The notes under the pieces: model-generated | The model's database searches: none | What the model saw: the letters and a program-made list of their open reading frames with translations, nothing else | Told to the model about the DNA's origin: nothing | Source of the DNA: Octopus vulgaris | Taxonomy: Eukaryota | Assembly (NCBI GenBank): GCA_951406725.2 | Contig: OX597815.1 | Span: 43,338,001 to 43,402,000, forward strand | Reading direction: 5' to 3' | Length of the DNA: 64,000 nt | Part shown: positions 1 through 13,475 of the stretch, piece after piece | How the letters are laid out: the number at the start of each line of letters is the position of its first letter | How positions within the stretch are numbered: position 1 is the first letter of the stretch | Position numbers and translations under genes: made by a program

Positions 1-1091
1 TGCGTATTGCTCGTGTATACGCATTTGTAATGAATCTGTGTGAACGATATATGCATGTATATGTATATATATGTATGTACGTAATATATATATGTGTATG
101 TGTGATATATATAATTTATACATATATGTGTGTAATATATAGAAGTGTATATATGTGTGTATGCGCGCGCTCGTGTGTGTATGTGTATCCAAATTGAGAA
201 ATGGAGAGGTAAAATCCTGGTCCCTTAACTAGCAGAAACTTGAAAGTAATAAATACTCAATGAGGTGTACTTCGCTAGCTCCCAAAAAACGTTTTGTACT
301 TATGACACTTTTGCATAATAGCAGCAATATGTACGTATTTATACAAATGAAAAGGGAGTGTGAAAGAGAGAAAGTGTGTGTGTGTATGAAAGAGAGAGGG
401 GGAAAAGTAAAACGCACTCAATATAAGCAATAAAGTGAATATATTTTTATGTGGTCAAGCAATATATTACTGCTTATGGTATATAACTGGTCAAACTGTT
501 GCCGTAGTTTTCGTCCTAAATATTACCACACAAACCGACAGTAACAGTCTGACCTGATAAGTGCCATAAGTACTGATATATTCCTTGATAACATAAATAA
601 ATACATAGCCATGTATGACATGCCAATTTTGGAGAATTCTTAAGTTTTGAGATCATATCTTCTCCTTCTTTGGTGTATTTTCCATTTGCTTTCAACACGA
701 TCGTTATTTGTTTCCCAAGAAATGAGGATGATTTTTATAAAAGAGAAGTTTATCTTGTATGATATTTAATATATCTTTATTCATTGTTGTTCTTCGAAAA
801 CATGCCATTGTTCACCCTGAATTATTTCTGTTAGTTCGCGTCGATTAATTTATATTCATATGTAAAACGCAAAGTATATTCCTCTTTAATTGCAGTCATC
901 TAGGCGGGAAAAAAGACATAGGAAAAATTCCCTGAGAATTGAGTCACTGGGAAAAAAGACAGCGTGAACATTGGCAAGCTCGGAGCTCGGTACCGTTGCG
1001 AATCAAAAATACTTGTGTTTAGTGAAAAATATTTTTAAGCCTCCCTTCATGGAAATTATCTACAATAATAGGCATATATATATATAAATAT

Positions 1092-1486
1092 ATTCTTTTA
1101 TTCATTAATTTATTTCAGTTATTTGACTGCGGCCATGCTGGATCACTGTCTTTAGACGAACAAATCTAACCCAGGACTTATTCTTTGTGAGCCTAGTACT
1201 TATTTCATCGGTCTATTTTACGAACAGCTAAGTTACGGAGACGTAAACACACCAATATCGGTTGTCAAGCGATGGTGGGGGGGACACAAACACAGACACA
1301 CAAACATATACTTATATTTATATATGACGGGCTTCTTTCAGTTTTCGTCGACTAAATTCACTCACAAGGCTTTGGTCAGCTCGAGACTATAGTAGAAGAC
1401 ACTTGCCCAAGGTGCCATGCAGTGGGACTGAACCCGGAACCATGTGATTGGTAAGTAAGCTATTTACCACATAGCCACTCCTGTCC
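1092..1486 (-). mobile_element. tRNA-derived SINE family A
   Basis: Reverse complement of the head GGAGTGGCTGTGTGGTAAG..GGTTCCGGGTTCAGTCCC (A/B boxes) and of the GACTGAAACAAGTAAAAGA tail. Confidence 0.85.
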
Positions 1487-1495
1487 ATATATATA

Positions 1496-1804
1496 TGGAC
1501 CCCTTTGATTATTAATTCTGGTTGACTCCTATAGCCATATAATGTTTAAAAACTAGTTTCATAGAGACTTTTTCAAAATTCCTATTTTGTTTTAGATATT
1601 AACTTGTATAGGTTGAACTAAGTAAAATATTAGAGAAAGAAACCTAGCAGTTTCTTGCAATATATACTAATACAACAACAGCAAAACATTTTCAGGGGTC
1701 CCAACATACTATTGTGGAACCCCAATTCATTATCTTGTTGTGTGCACCCAAAAATTCGTATATGGAGCCTCAGCGGCCACATGGACCTCGGTTGAAGAAC
1801 ATTG
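1496..1804. mobile_element. Decayed hAT-type MITE fragment
   Basis: GGACCCC/GGGGTCC subterminal motifs and a GGTTGAAGAACATTG terminus. Confidence 0.4.
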
Positions 1805-1808
1805 ATTT

Positions 1809-1843
<35 letters not shown>

Positions 1844-1844
<1 letters not shown>

Positions 1845-2117
1845 CTACAAAATTAGAGAATGGAGAAACATACTTAAATCAGTAAAACATCAACTATCCG
1901 ATGATACTCAATCCATACTTTAATACACCATTACATATGAGTAAAGGCAATATATAAAATGAAATGAGATATACAGTAATAGTAAAAGTAAAAAGATAAA
2001 GAGATATAAGTAAAAAATGTTCAAATATAATATGCAAATAAATCAAAACTGACAGCTGTTTCGGCAGTGAGGACAGTCATACCTCATTTAACCTATAAGC
2101 CATAAAGGCAGGTATAA

Positions 2118-2154
<37 letters not shown>

Positions 2155-2980
2155 AGTAATTTTTATTAACTTTTATAGCTTTAGAATTTTATGAACTGTA
2201 CCACGGATTTAATTATTATTTTTCATCTCCATATGTGTTAGCCCTTTTTTTTTTTTTTTTTTTTATAAAAAAAACTATTAGCCTAATATGTATAATATCG
2301 GTACTTATTAATATTAATATATACACTGTTATATATTTTGTTTTATTTTGTTCTGTTTACCTTCCTTTTTGTACAAATGTGTATTATATTATATAAGTGT
2401 AGCATTATGATGTATAAGTTTTTATATTTTACATTTTTATATTTTTATATTTATATGTATATGATTATATAATATTTTTCACTATTATAACAAATTTAAT
2501 TTAATTCTCTGAAGAGGCCGTGGGGCATCCTTGTTAATGCCTCATTTATACCTGCCTTTATGGCTTATAGGTTAAATGAGGTATGACTGTCCTCACTGCC
2601 GAAACAGCTGTCAGTTTTGATTTATTTGCATATTATATTTGAAAATTTTTTACTTATATCTCTTTATCTTTTTACTTTTACTATTACTGTATATCTCATT
2701 TCATTTTATATATTGCCTTTACTCATATGTAATGGTGTATTAAAGTATGGATTGAGTATCATCGGATAGTTGATGTTTTACTGATTTAAGTATGTTTCTC
2801 CATTCTCTAATTTTGTAGTATTAATTTACGGTAATATTATTACCTTTACCCATTTAATACAATAGATGAACTGATTGCTTGACAATTTTTAACATCTATG
2901 TATTAATTTTGTTGGGTACCTATCTAGCAGTATATTGGATATATATTATCCCATGGTGGGTTGAATTTTCAACCCCTATC
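1844..2980. mobile_element. Non-coding PLE-type terminal (pLTR) remnant with inverted partial copy, flanked by (TA)n
   Basis: 1844-2119 is the near-exact reverse complement of ~2544-2820. The + copy contains a hammerhead motif and extends ~160 bp further to the (TA)n tract. Its tail resembles 13655-13725. Confidence 0.75.
2507..2614 (+). ncRNA. Type I hammerhead ribozyme-like motif with long stem II
   Basis: CTGAAGA (2509-2515) is followed by a stem II (GGC/GCC, GTGGGG/CCTCAC, inner CCTCATTTA/TAAATGAGG), then GAAA, a palindromic stem III (ACAGCTGT) and a GUC triplet at 2610-2612. Stem I is only ~2 bp. Confidence 0.65.
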
Positions 2981-2990
2981 TCATTTTATA

Positions 2991-3030
<40 letters not shown>

Positions 3031-3102
3031 CATATATATATACATACATATATACATATATGTGTGTGTGTGTATACATATGTATGTATGTATGTATGTA
3101 TA

Positions 3103-3493
3103 GGCGCAGCGTAGCTGTGTGGTAAGAAGCTTGCTTTCCAAATCCATGGTTCCGGGTTCAGTCTGACAGCATGGCACCTTGGGCTAGTGTCTTCTACTAT
3201 AGCCACAGGCCGACCAAAACCTTGTGAGTGGATTTAGTAGACGGAAACTGAAAGAAGCCCGCCGTTTATATATATATATAAGTGTGTGTGTGTGAGTTGT
3301 GTATGTCTGTGTCTGTTCCCGCCACCGTCGCTTGACAATCGATGTTGGTGTGTTTACGTCCTTGTAACTTAGCGATTCGGCTATAGAGACCGACAGAATA
3401 AGTACTAGGCTTACAAAGAATAAATCCTGGGGTCGATTTGTTCGACTAAAGGCGGTACTCCAGCATGGCCGCACTTAAATGACTGAAACAAGT
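3103..3493 (+). mobile_element. SINE family A
   Basis: Same head, internal (TA)(TG) tract and tail. A head-only fragment is also present at ~3957-4037. Confidence 0.85.
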
Positions 3494-4097
3494 TTGTGCA
3501 CAAACATGCTCACAGCATAATAGATATATGTATAGAAATATGCAAGCTATATGAAGTAAATGGGCTTCTTTATGTATTTATATCTACGCGTTTCCTATGT
3601 CATTTTTTAAGTACAACTATGTGAGTCGGAGAATTAGTTCTGCAGGTGTATGGCGGGGGTGGGTGTAGGGGAAAGGGTTATTGACTTGTGTAACAGTTTT
3701 ACATAAAAAAAAAGGAGGAAAACACTCCTGTCGTGCGTAACTTTTTTTTTTTTACGTTAACCTATTTTGTAAGTAAATACGTTTACCTCCTCCTTTACTG
3801 CATTGTTATCGTCGCCTTTACCACCAGCACCACCTAAAACAGCAACAAAAGAATCGGACCCGACCGCATAGTTGTACACGAAAATAAATAAATAAAATAA
3901 TTAATATAAAAATCTAAATATTAAAAAAAAAGTCAAAGAAGCATGCTTAAAGATGCAGGCGTGGCCGTGTGGTAAGAAGCTTATTTCCCAACCATATGGC
4001 CCCGGGTTCAATTCTACTGCGTGGCACCTTGGGCAAGTTTTCAGAAATAAAGATAAATGGGGTTTTTATATATATATTTAAAGTTATAATTAACGAG

Positions 4098-4436
4098 TGA
4101 AGGCGCATGGCTCAGTGGTTAGAGCGTCGAGCTTTCGATCTTGAAGTTGTGAGCTCGAATACCGGACCGGGCTGCGTGTTGTGTTCTAGAGCAAGACACT
4201 TCACTTCACGTTGCTCCAGTTCACTCAGTTACAGAAATGAGTTGCGACATCACTGGTGCCAAGCTGTATCGGCTGTTGCATTTCCCTTGGATAACACTGG
4301 TGGCGTGGAGAGGGGAGGCCGGTATGCATGGGCGATTGCACGTCTTCCATAAACAACCTTGCCCGAACTTGTGCCTGGGAGGGTAACTTTCTAGGTGTAA
4401 TCCCATGGTCTGTTTCGTGACCGAAGGGGGTTTCAG
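4098..4436 (+). mobile_element. tRNA-derived SINE family C
   Basis: GGCGCATGGCTCAGTGGTTAGAGC A-box and GAGCAAGACACTT core. 10-bp TSD AATTAACGAG. Confidence 0.85.
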
Positions 4437-4517
4437 AATTAACGAGAGACATATCGCACGATAAAATTATTTAACCGCTGGAAATTCTCCATATATTATG
4501 ACTTCAGTTTATATGTA

Positions 4518-5784
4518 TTGGGTTGGTAACTAAGTTCCCGCCGTTTATTTAAATTTTTTGAAAGGTTTAATAAAAAATAATAGCTAATTAATCAATAATG
4601 TATTCACCCTTGTTGTTTACAACTTCTTCCCAACGTTCAACAGGATTTTCAATACCTCGTTGGTAGATATCACCCGACTTCGACTCGAAAAATTGATCCA
4701 ACCAATCTCTCAATTCTGCATCCGTATTGAACGAAACTCCGCGCGTAGCATTTGAAAGAGATCGAAAGAGGTGGAAATCCGTTGGTACCAAATCAGGAGT
4801 GTACGATGGGTGTGGCAGCACTTCTCAGCCATGCGTTTGAATGGCTTCCTTGGTCATATTGGCGATATGAGTGCGGGCGTTATCGTGCAGAAGAACTTCA
4901 TGCTGACGATTGGGTATTTTCTCTGGAATAACCGTGTTGAATCGTTCCATCTGTTGAACATACAGTTCCACGTTGACCGTTTGGTTCCGTTCAAGCAATT
5001 CGTAATGGATAATCCCTTCCCAGTCCCATCATACGCACAACATTGTTTTACGCGGATGAAGATCTTGTTTCACGCGCAGTGTCGCTTGTTTACCAGGGCT
5101 AAGCTATTCCTTCCGCTGCTTCATATTGATATACAAGCACAATTTTTCGTCGTCAGTAACGATTCGGTAACGAGATCGTTCCTTGTGTCCATGAGTTGAG
5201 CGGTAACGAGCAAGCAAACCAGCGGAGATCTTGACTCGTTGGTTTTTGTTGTTGTCACTTAAAGCATGCGGGAGTCATGCTCCATACTTCTGAACCTTTC
5301 CCATCGAGTGGGAGCATTCCATTTTCTCTGCTAGTTTCCTTGTCATTTGATGAGAATTTGATGAGAATTTTCGTGCAAAAGTTGGTTTAATCGCTCTTCA
5401 TCGAGCACAACTGGAAGACCAGAACGAGGTGATTCTTTTAGGTCAAAATTTCCATTTTTGAATTTAGCATACCAATCACGAGCCATAACCCTATGGCACC
5501 CTCTCCATACACAGCATAAATGTTGCGAGCAGCTTTTGCGACCTTAGAGCCTTGATTAAAAGCAAAAAGAAGGAGGTGTCAAAATGCTCGTTTTTCTTAA
5601 TGTGACAATCCATTTTAATGATATAAAAAGAAACAAAAATTAACTAAAATTAACTAGAAAAAAGCAAAATAGATTCTAAAATGATTCAAAAATAGAATTC
5701 TCGAAAAAAATATATCCAAAATTTAAGAACGCAATAAATTCCAAAATTAAAAAACAAAATGGCGGTATCTTAGTTGCCAACCTA

Positions 5785-5785
<1 letters not shown>
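4518..5785 (-). mobile_element. Full-length decayed mariner (DD34D) transposon
   Basis: TIRs TTGGGTTGGTAACTAAGTTCCCGCCGTTT / AAATGGCGGTATCTTAGTTGCCAACCTAA with flanking TA, ~1.27 kb. Transposase remnants are HPSYTPDLVPTDFHLF, HDNARTH and TDDEK. Confidence 0.9.
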
Positions 5786-5867
<82 letters not shown>

Positions 5868-5883
5868 CACGCACACACACACA

Positions 5884-6490
5884 TTAGGTTGATCAAAAAG
5901 TTCGTTTGCTTTTTGTCGACACTAAACTAGGGGTCACTCTGAAAATGGACAACCTAAACGAACTTTAGCGACAGTTCATGCTTTTTTAACTTTAAAAAAA
6001 GGCAAAGAAAGCGGCAGAAACCTGCAGAAAGATACGTGCTAAGTACGGAGAGAATGCTGATACGGAACCGAAGCATTCTAATTGGAAGACGATCGTGAGG
6101 GAAGCGCGGCGAAACACCACAAGCAACCTAAAAGCAGGACTCACACGAGAAAGGTTATGCTTTAGGTGTTGTTCTTTTACCCGCTCCTTCCCACGGATAG
6201 GACCATCAATTCGGATGTAGACTGTGACCTGCTGGACAAAATAAACGCAGTGATTCATCAGAAGCATCCAGTAATTGCTAATCGTAAGGGAATTGTCTTT
6301 CATTACGACAGTGCCAGATCGCAAACCTCTTTGCAAATGCGGTAGATATTACTGGGGCTTCGCTGGAATTTTGCAGCACTCTACATATTCGCCCGATCTT
6401 GCACCAGAAGATTTCCATTTGTTTCGGTCTCTTTAAATTTCATTGATTGGACAAACCTTCAAATCTGAAAAGGATGGAAAAATTCACAAA
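5884..6490 (+). mobile_element. Internally deleted mariner fragment
   Basis: TIR-like TTAGGTTGATCAAAAAGTTCG. Remnants HYDSAR and HSTYSPDLAPEDFHLFRSL. Confidence 0.75.
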
Positions 6491-7494
6491 TATGATTAAT
6501 AAAATAAAGAAGTAACATCTTTGAAATATATATATTCTTCCTAAATTTTAACTTCAAAGCGTTATTTAATTTTCTTTTTCAGTTTTACATGCGTAGTGTG
6601 CCAATAATTGTTTCATTACTTTGTGTGCCACGAAGTCAAAAAGATTGAGAACTTTCACAGGTGATAACCTCTATACTCTTAAGAGACGGAATGATGTGAC
6701 CCCGAACAAAGTCTGAAGCCAAACAGCTAATATAGAAATATCTGATTAATGGAACAAATAAAAAAAATGAAATCAAATGACTTTTATTACTTTCATTACA
6801 TGGCACGGCAAATACGGGAAACAACTCTATACATGTTTCTGTATTGTTATGATTTCATTAGGGAAGTATACATCGCCATACTTGTTTTATAGCTAAAAAT
6901 TAAGAAAAAGAATTACAGAAAACTAGTGTGTAATCTTTTGTTAATCATGCTTGTATATGACATTACGAATAAAATATTTTTCAGGACACTTAGGTATTAG
7001 TAATGATATTAAGGCCCTTAAATTATATCTTTAAAGAATCTGCTGCACATCTAGATTCCTCATGCGGTGCATCATTTTAGAACCACTTCGCAGAAAAAAA
7101 CAAACTTGTAATGGAGATCCGGAAGAAAACGGTTCGTTACTCACGGGAAAGGAGAAGAGTGCGAAAATAATGGCAACGAAAAAAATGCATGTAAATTTTT
7201 TTAAAAAGTGAGAATCTTTATTTCCATTGCTTGAAACAGGAGTACTAAAAAAATGAAAGAAAAAGGAGGAAAAAAGAAAAAGAACCATTTCTTTCCTCGT
7301 GAAGTATGGGACTTCTAAACTAAAACTTTACCAAGATTGTTTCGATTATAAATACGTTTCCGTAGATAAAGCAGTGAAACAGTCGGTGAAGCTTGTACAA
7401 ATACATACCAACAAACCTGAATCCGGTGGGATTTGAACATGGAATTTCGAAGAATATAATTAAATAAAAGTAATTAAAATTAATAACAGTAATA

Positions 7495-7892
7495 CTTTTC
7501 TTCTCCAGGCACAAGGCCCGAAATTTTTGGGGAGGGGGAAAGTCGATTAGATTGACCCCAATAGGCAACTGGTACTTAATTTATTGACCCCGAAAGGATG
7601 AAAGGTAAAGTTGACCTCGACAGAATTTGAACTCAGAACGTAGCGGCAGAAGAAATACCTATTGCTTTACTACCCACAAGGGGCTAAACACAGAGATGAC
7701 AAACAAGGACAGACAAACGGATTAAGTCGATTATATCGACCCCAGTGCGTAACTGGTACTTATTTAATCGACCTCGAAAAGATGAAAGGCAAAGTAGACC
7801 TCGGCAGAATTTGAACTCAGAGCGTAGCGGCAGACGAAATACGGCTACGCATTTCGCCCGGCATGCTAACGTTTCTGTCAGCTCGCCGCCTT
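7495..7892 (-). mobile_element. SINE family B (Meta/MESC-like core), double-core form
   Basis: Head AAGGCGGCGAGCTG and core GCCTTTCATCCTTTCGGGGTCGATAAAT..GTACCAG twice. ~17-bp TSD AATTAATAA(C/G)AGTAATA. A further copy lies at ~8000-8205. Confidence 0.85.
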
Positions 7893-8662
7893 AATTAATA
7901 AGAGTAATAAAATCAATGCAAAAATATCAAGAAAGAAAGGTGGGGGGAAAGTAATATTATTTAGAAATATCACTAAAAACATGCACATTTTCTAATAATC
8001 CTCTCTTCTCAATAGTTGAGGGCCTGAGATTGAGGGAGGAGGTAGTTGATTACATCGACCCCAGAGTGCAACTGGTACTTACTTCATCAATCTCGAAAGG
8101 GATGAAAGACAAAGTCAGCCATGGTGGAATTTGAACTCAGAATGTAAAGGCGGACGAAATGCCGCGAAGCGTTTTGTCCGGCGCGGTGACGATTCTGCCA
8201 GCCTTGAAAAACGACTAATAATAAATATGTGCATTTATATTTGCACGCCCTCTTACCTACAACAACAACAACAACACCAATAACAAAACCACTGCTCAGA
8301 TTCGGGTAATCAATACTCCATCATTTGAAATAATATATATCAGCTGCAGACTTTACAGGCCGAAATGAATAATCACGATCATTGACCCTGATGAGAAAAC
8401 ACCATAACATCGAAACCAGGATCACACTTGATACAACGAAAACTACCACTACTACTAGAAATATCTTCCCTCACACACGACTCAACCACGACGACGACGA
8501 CGACCACCACCACCACCACCACCACCACCACCACCACCATCACCACCATCACCACAACTAACAACGACAAAAACACCAGACTGTTGAAGAGAGTCGAGTT
8601 GCTTTCTTTGTTTAAAGACGTTGCCGTCTCCACACCACCCGCAGCTGGGGTGGAGGTGACAG

Positions 8663-8724
<62 letters not shown>

Positions 8725-9174
8725 TCGGGGAAGGGGGGGGGAGAAGGAAGGAAGAGGGGAGGTAAAGAGCAAAGAGATTTGATTCCTTCTTTTGTTTACT
8801 GAATACCCTTCTGCAAACAGGGACTCCGGACGCTGCGCTGTGGCAGATAAGTCACAGCTGAGGTCACTGCTAGCCTTACCACAGTAAGAATCGAGTCCTA
8901 TAACCATTGCAGCTGTATTATATACTGCGTTGTGGCGCCGTTGCCCAACACTTCGACCAAATCTATTTCGCCCATTGTTTAAACCTAATATTTTTCATGT
9001 AGTATTTTTTCCTTCTTTCGTTTTAATAAATGTTCCCTCTGTTTATACACAAACGCATATTTTGTTTGTTATGCATGCGTCTATTATTTTCTGAATATTA
9101 TACGAACGTATCTACACACACACAGTCATATATGTGAAACTAAATATTCCTCTGTATGGGTGTGAGTATTTGCA

Positions 9175-9223
<49 letters not shown>

Positions 9224-9568
9224 GTGTTTACGCTCGAGCGTGTGTATATGTACAACACTAACTCGTTAGACAATGTTATTACACGCCCTCAAGGTAGACC
9301 CCAATGTGCGTGTGCTTGTTCGTGTTTACACAAAGACTTTATACCTGATTAGTTATGCATGCATAGATACTCATATATGAATTAATATGCATGTATATTA
9401 CTTTATATATGTAAGTATACGTACACTTATACATACATACATACATACATACATACATACATACATACATACATACATACGTACATATATATGTGTGTGT
9501 GTGCATATATATGTATATATGCGTATATACATACATATATATATATGCATGTAAATACACACACACAC

Positions 9569-9608
<40 letters not shown>

Positions 9609-9649
9609 ATATTTATGTGTTTGTGTGTATATATATATGTATGTATGTA

Positions 9650-9726
<77 letters not shown>

Positions 9727-10563
9727 AAAACTTACTTGGAAAATAATGCGTGGTGTTCGAGCATATAATAATATAAATAATATATAAATATATGCATATA
9801 TACATACATATATGGGTTTTTCATGTTTTTGTTTTTATGTTTTCGTTTCTCATTGTTCAACGTTTTTTTTTATAATATCCTGTACCTATATATGCGTGTG
9901 TATATACATGTAGATGTAGGTATGTACATATATGTATGTATATATGCATATATTTATATATTATTTATATATATATATGCATTTCAATGGCCTTTTGTTT
10001 TCTATGTTGGTCTCACTATTTGCACCTGGATAGTCACTCTCCAAGGTGCAGGCCTGGGAAGATTGTATTTTCTTTCTTTTTTTCTTTTTCTTACTTGTGG
10101 AATACATGTTGTTGATGCATGCAAGTTGCACATCTCCACGTCACCAACGCTTTCCAAGTAAGTGAAGACCATTAATGACCTTCGCACCATTACCATCTCA
10201 GGCACCGTGGTCAGAATGTAAAGAGCAGGAAGACATATTACAAAGCATACCGTGCCACACTCTACCAATTCTATTTATATCCACTCTGTAAGTGTTACTT
10301 TGATTTTATCGAACCTGAATAAATGAGAGATGAATTCGAATCATGCATGGTCTATAATCAGAGCGGACAGTCAGAGAAAATATCGGAAGACATTCTTTCC
10401 AACGCCTAAATAGCTTGTGCTCATCAGCAGCCTTATACGTACATACATACGTGCCTACATACATACATACATACATACATACATACATACATACATACAT
10501 GCATGCGTACATACATGCATACATACATACATACATACATACATACATACATACATACATACA

Positions 10564-10593
<30 letters not shown>

Positions 10594-10594
<1 letters not shown>

Positions 10595-10824
10595 GTCTTT
10601 ACTACCCACAAGGGGCTAAACACAGAGGGGACAAACAAGGACAGACAAACGGATTAAGTCGATTATATCGACCCCAGTGCGTAATTGGTGCTTAATTTAT
10701 CGACCCCGAAAGGATGAAAGGCAAAGTCGACTTGGGCGGAATTTGAATTCAGAACGTAACGGCGGACGAAATACCACAAAACATTTCGCCCGGCGTGCTA
10801 ACGTTTCTGCCAGCTCGCCGCCTT
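10594..10824 (-). mobile_element. SINE family B
   Basis: Head, core and linker tail. A partial copy lies at ~20285-20420. Confidence 0.85.
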
Positions 10825-10872
10825 ATGTATATATACATACATACAGACAGACAAACAGACAGACAGACAGAA

Positions 10873-10970
<98 letters not shown>

Positions 10971-11480
10971 AGAAACTGTACAGTAGTGGGAATTAGCTGC
11001 CTAGCGGATGTTATATATAAGACTTAAGATCCGTGAAAAAGAAAATGCCTACGCTGAACTATTGAGAAATCTGCAGCTACACTAACCAGATTAAAAGTTC
11101 AAGTTTATAACTGTAATTATTGGGGCACTGCCTAAGAACCGATCTTGAGAATTTAGACTCCTCAAAACAAGAAAGGAGGAAGCTGGTTTGAAGTCTACAA
11201 ATCCAAGTTATCACTGGAGCTGTAAAAATTTGTAAAAGTTTCCAGAAGTTAATCATTTAAGTATATATGCGCATGTCTAGACATGGAACTATGTGCATGA
11301 GAATACATACATGAAACAAAGAATGCAAATCCTCAATACACTGACTCCAAGTACTGCACATGTACACACATGCATGCAAAAATACCCTGTTGATGTTATT
11401 TAGCCTTGGATCTAGGTTAGAATTCCCGATGTAGATCCAACGACAATTGTATCACCACCATGGATGACGTCAGGTAGTCA
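10971..11480 (+). mobile_element. 3' fragment of an RLE-type (R4/NeSL-like) non-LTR retrotransposon
   Basis: Frameshifted VVGISCLAD / KIREKENAYAELLRNLQL / FITVIIGAL / QVITGAVKICKSF, which resembles the restriction-like endonuclease C-terminus. Confidence 0.6.
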
Positions 11481-11543
11481 TAGGCAGTGAACGTACTTTG
11501 ACGGTTTATATATATGTAATATATATGTATGTATATATATATG

Positions 11544-11607
<64 letters not shown>

Positions 11608-11746
11608 CACACACATATATATATATTTACATACACATATAAATATATACACATACACACACACATACATATACATATATAATATATATATACATATTTA
11701 TATACATATAAATATATGTATATATATACATATATACACACACACA

Positions 11747-11816
<70 letters not shown>

Positions 11817-11825
11817 CATATAAAT

Positions 11826-13475
11826 ATAAATTAAATATAGAGAAATACTATTGACAATCCAATAATTTATTTATATTACAATATTACATTAAACACTATG
11901 AATATAACATAATATTATATAACATAAATAATTATAAAAACCATAAAAGGTCAACAAATTGTTTCGACTTATATATATTTTTTCTGATACACATAATCTC
12001 AGTTCCATTATATATAAAGTCACTTCTGGGTCATGGTTTAAGAAAAGACGATATTCCGTTTGAAAGGTCGGCTGGATTGTAAAAATTAATTCAAATGTCT
12101 ATGTGTATGAGCGTGAGCGTTAACTATTCACTCATACATCAATTACAATTAAAAAGCAACAAAAGCACTTTAACGGACGCTACAATCAAGCGAGTGCAAT
12201 CCGCAACCATCGAAATTCACTTCATTACATCTCAAGGATCTTTACCTTGTCATAAATATCAGTGACAAACGAAATATATACCGCCGGAAGTTGTTGTTGA
12301 TAAACAACAGCAGTAATTTTATTCAGCTGAATACAAGTCATTGATTGGTTGAAATTACCGAAATACGACAACCTTAACACGAAATAACATCGTAAATATA
12401 AAGTTTTCTCAAAAACGCTAAGAGTAAAAGATGTTTTATATGACACCATCTACCAGTATACGAGGTTTGAAAGTGTTTAGTTACAAAAATTTATTTTCTA
12501 AATCTGCCGGTCAACAGGTAAAGATCCCATCTCAAACACATACCAATTGAAACTCCTTCACGTCCAAGACAGTCGATTGTCACCACAACATACAACAATA
12601 AGATACGTGTGTATGTAAGTGCATATAATTAAGTATCTAAGTCTTCTACGTATAACTGCAGCAAAAGATATATAAACAATTACATCTTCAATACAACAAC
12701 TCTTTTATCTATTTAAATTAGCTGGTATAAAAAGATTTATTGTTTAAATTAGCTAATAATAATCTTCTATATTTATTATTTTCGCGGAGGGATGAATCGG
12801 TAGTAGATATGAATAGAAACCTAATGAAAATTTCTCTCCTTGTTTACTTAATCTATCGCAGGGAGAATTCCGTAATAATTGTTAATTTGGACTTAAGACT
12901 GCAAATGCGATAACCAAAATACCACATATTGAATAGTTAACGCACATATTTATTTCGTTTTGGGATTTGGTTTGCAAGATTCTTTATGTCAGTTCGTGTA
13001 TTGAAGCATATACTGTTGTGTCTGGGGAGAACCATTCTCTTTTAGTACCTTATAATTTAACACACTCACCGGTAAAATTTCCACTTATTTCTTCTTTACT
13101 TTTAAAAAATTTTCGTTGCATCTTGCAATATTCACAAGACGCAACGAAAATTTTAGAAAAATAAAGAAATGAGTGTAAATTTTACCGGTGAGTGTGTTAA
13201 ATTATAAGGCACTAAATGAGAATGACTCTCCCCAGACACAACACTATAATTATTTATGTTATATAATATAATGTTATGTTATATTACATTCATAGTGTTT
13301 AATGTAATATTGTGATATTAAATAAATTATTGGATTGTCAATAGTAAATCCCTATATTTAATTTATCTTTATAACTGAATTATACCAATATTTATATGGT
13401 ATCCAACTGACGTGCCAGTGAATTGGATGTTTAACACACCCATTTGAAGGATTTCCTTTCCTCAGTTTGTTACTT
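11826..13475. mobile_element. Old PLE-like inverted terminal pair (arms 11826-11936 and 13245-13366) with intervening sequence
   Basis: Imperfect ~115 bp inverted repeat. A decayed hammerhead-like motif lies on the - strand at 11949-12006. The right arm extends further, to ~13475. Both ends abut microsatellites. Confidence 0.5.
13009..13248. repeat. ~240 bp fold-back palindrome made of two copies of the repeat family also seen at 57665-57830
   Basis: TGTTGTGTCTGGGGAGA...CACTCACCGGTAAAATTT...TTTTCGTTGCATCTTG / CAAGACGCAACGAAAA...ACCGGTGAGTG...CCCCAGACACAACA, with a loop at ~13126-13134. Confidence 0.85.

Noticed and set aside
4100-4175. tRNA-like sequence (also ~24930-25006 and the family A heads)
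   Set aside because: These are SINE heads followed by SINE bodies and TSDs. They have no intact cloverleaf.
8389-8428. CTGATGA...GAAAC hammerhead-like core
   Set aside because: Stems I and III cannot pair (no complementary flanks, C opposite A next to the triplet), so it is probably a chance match.
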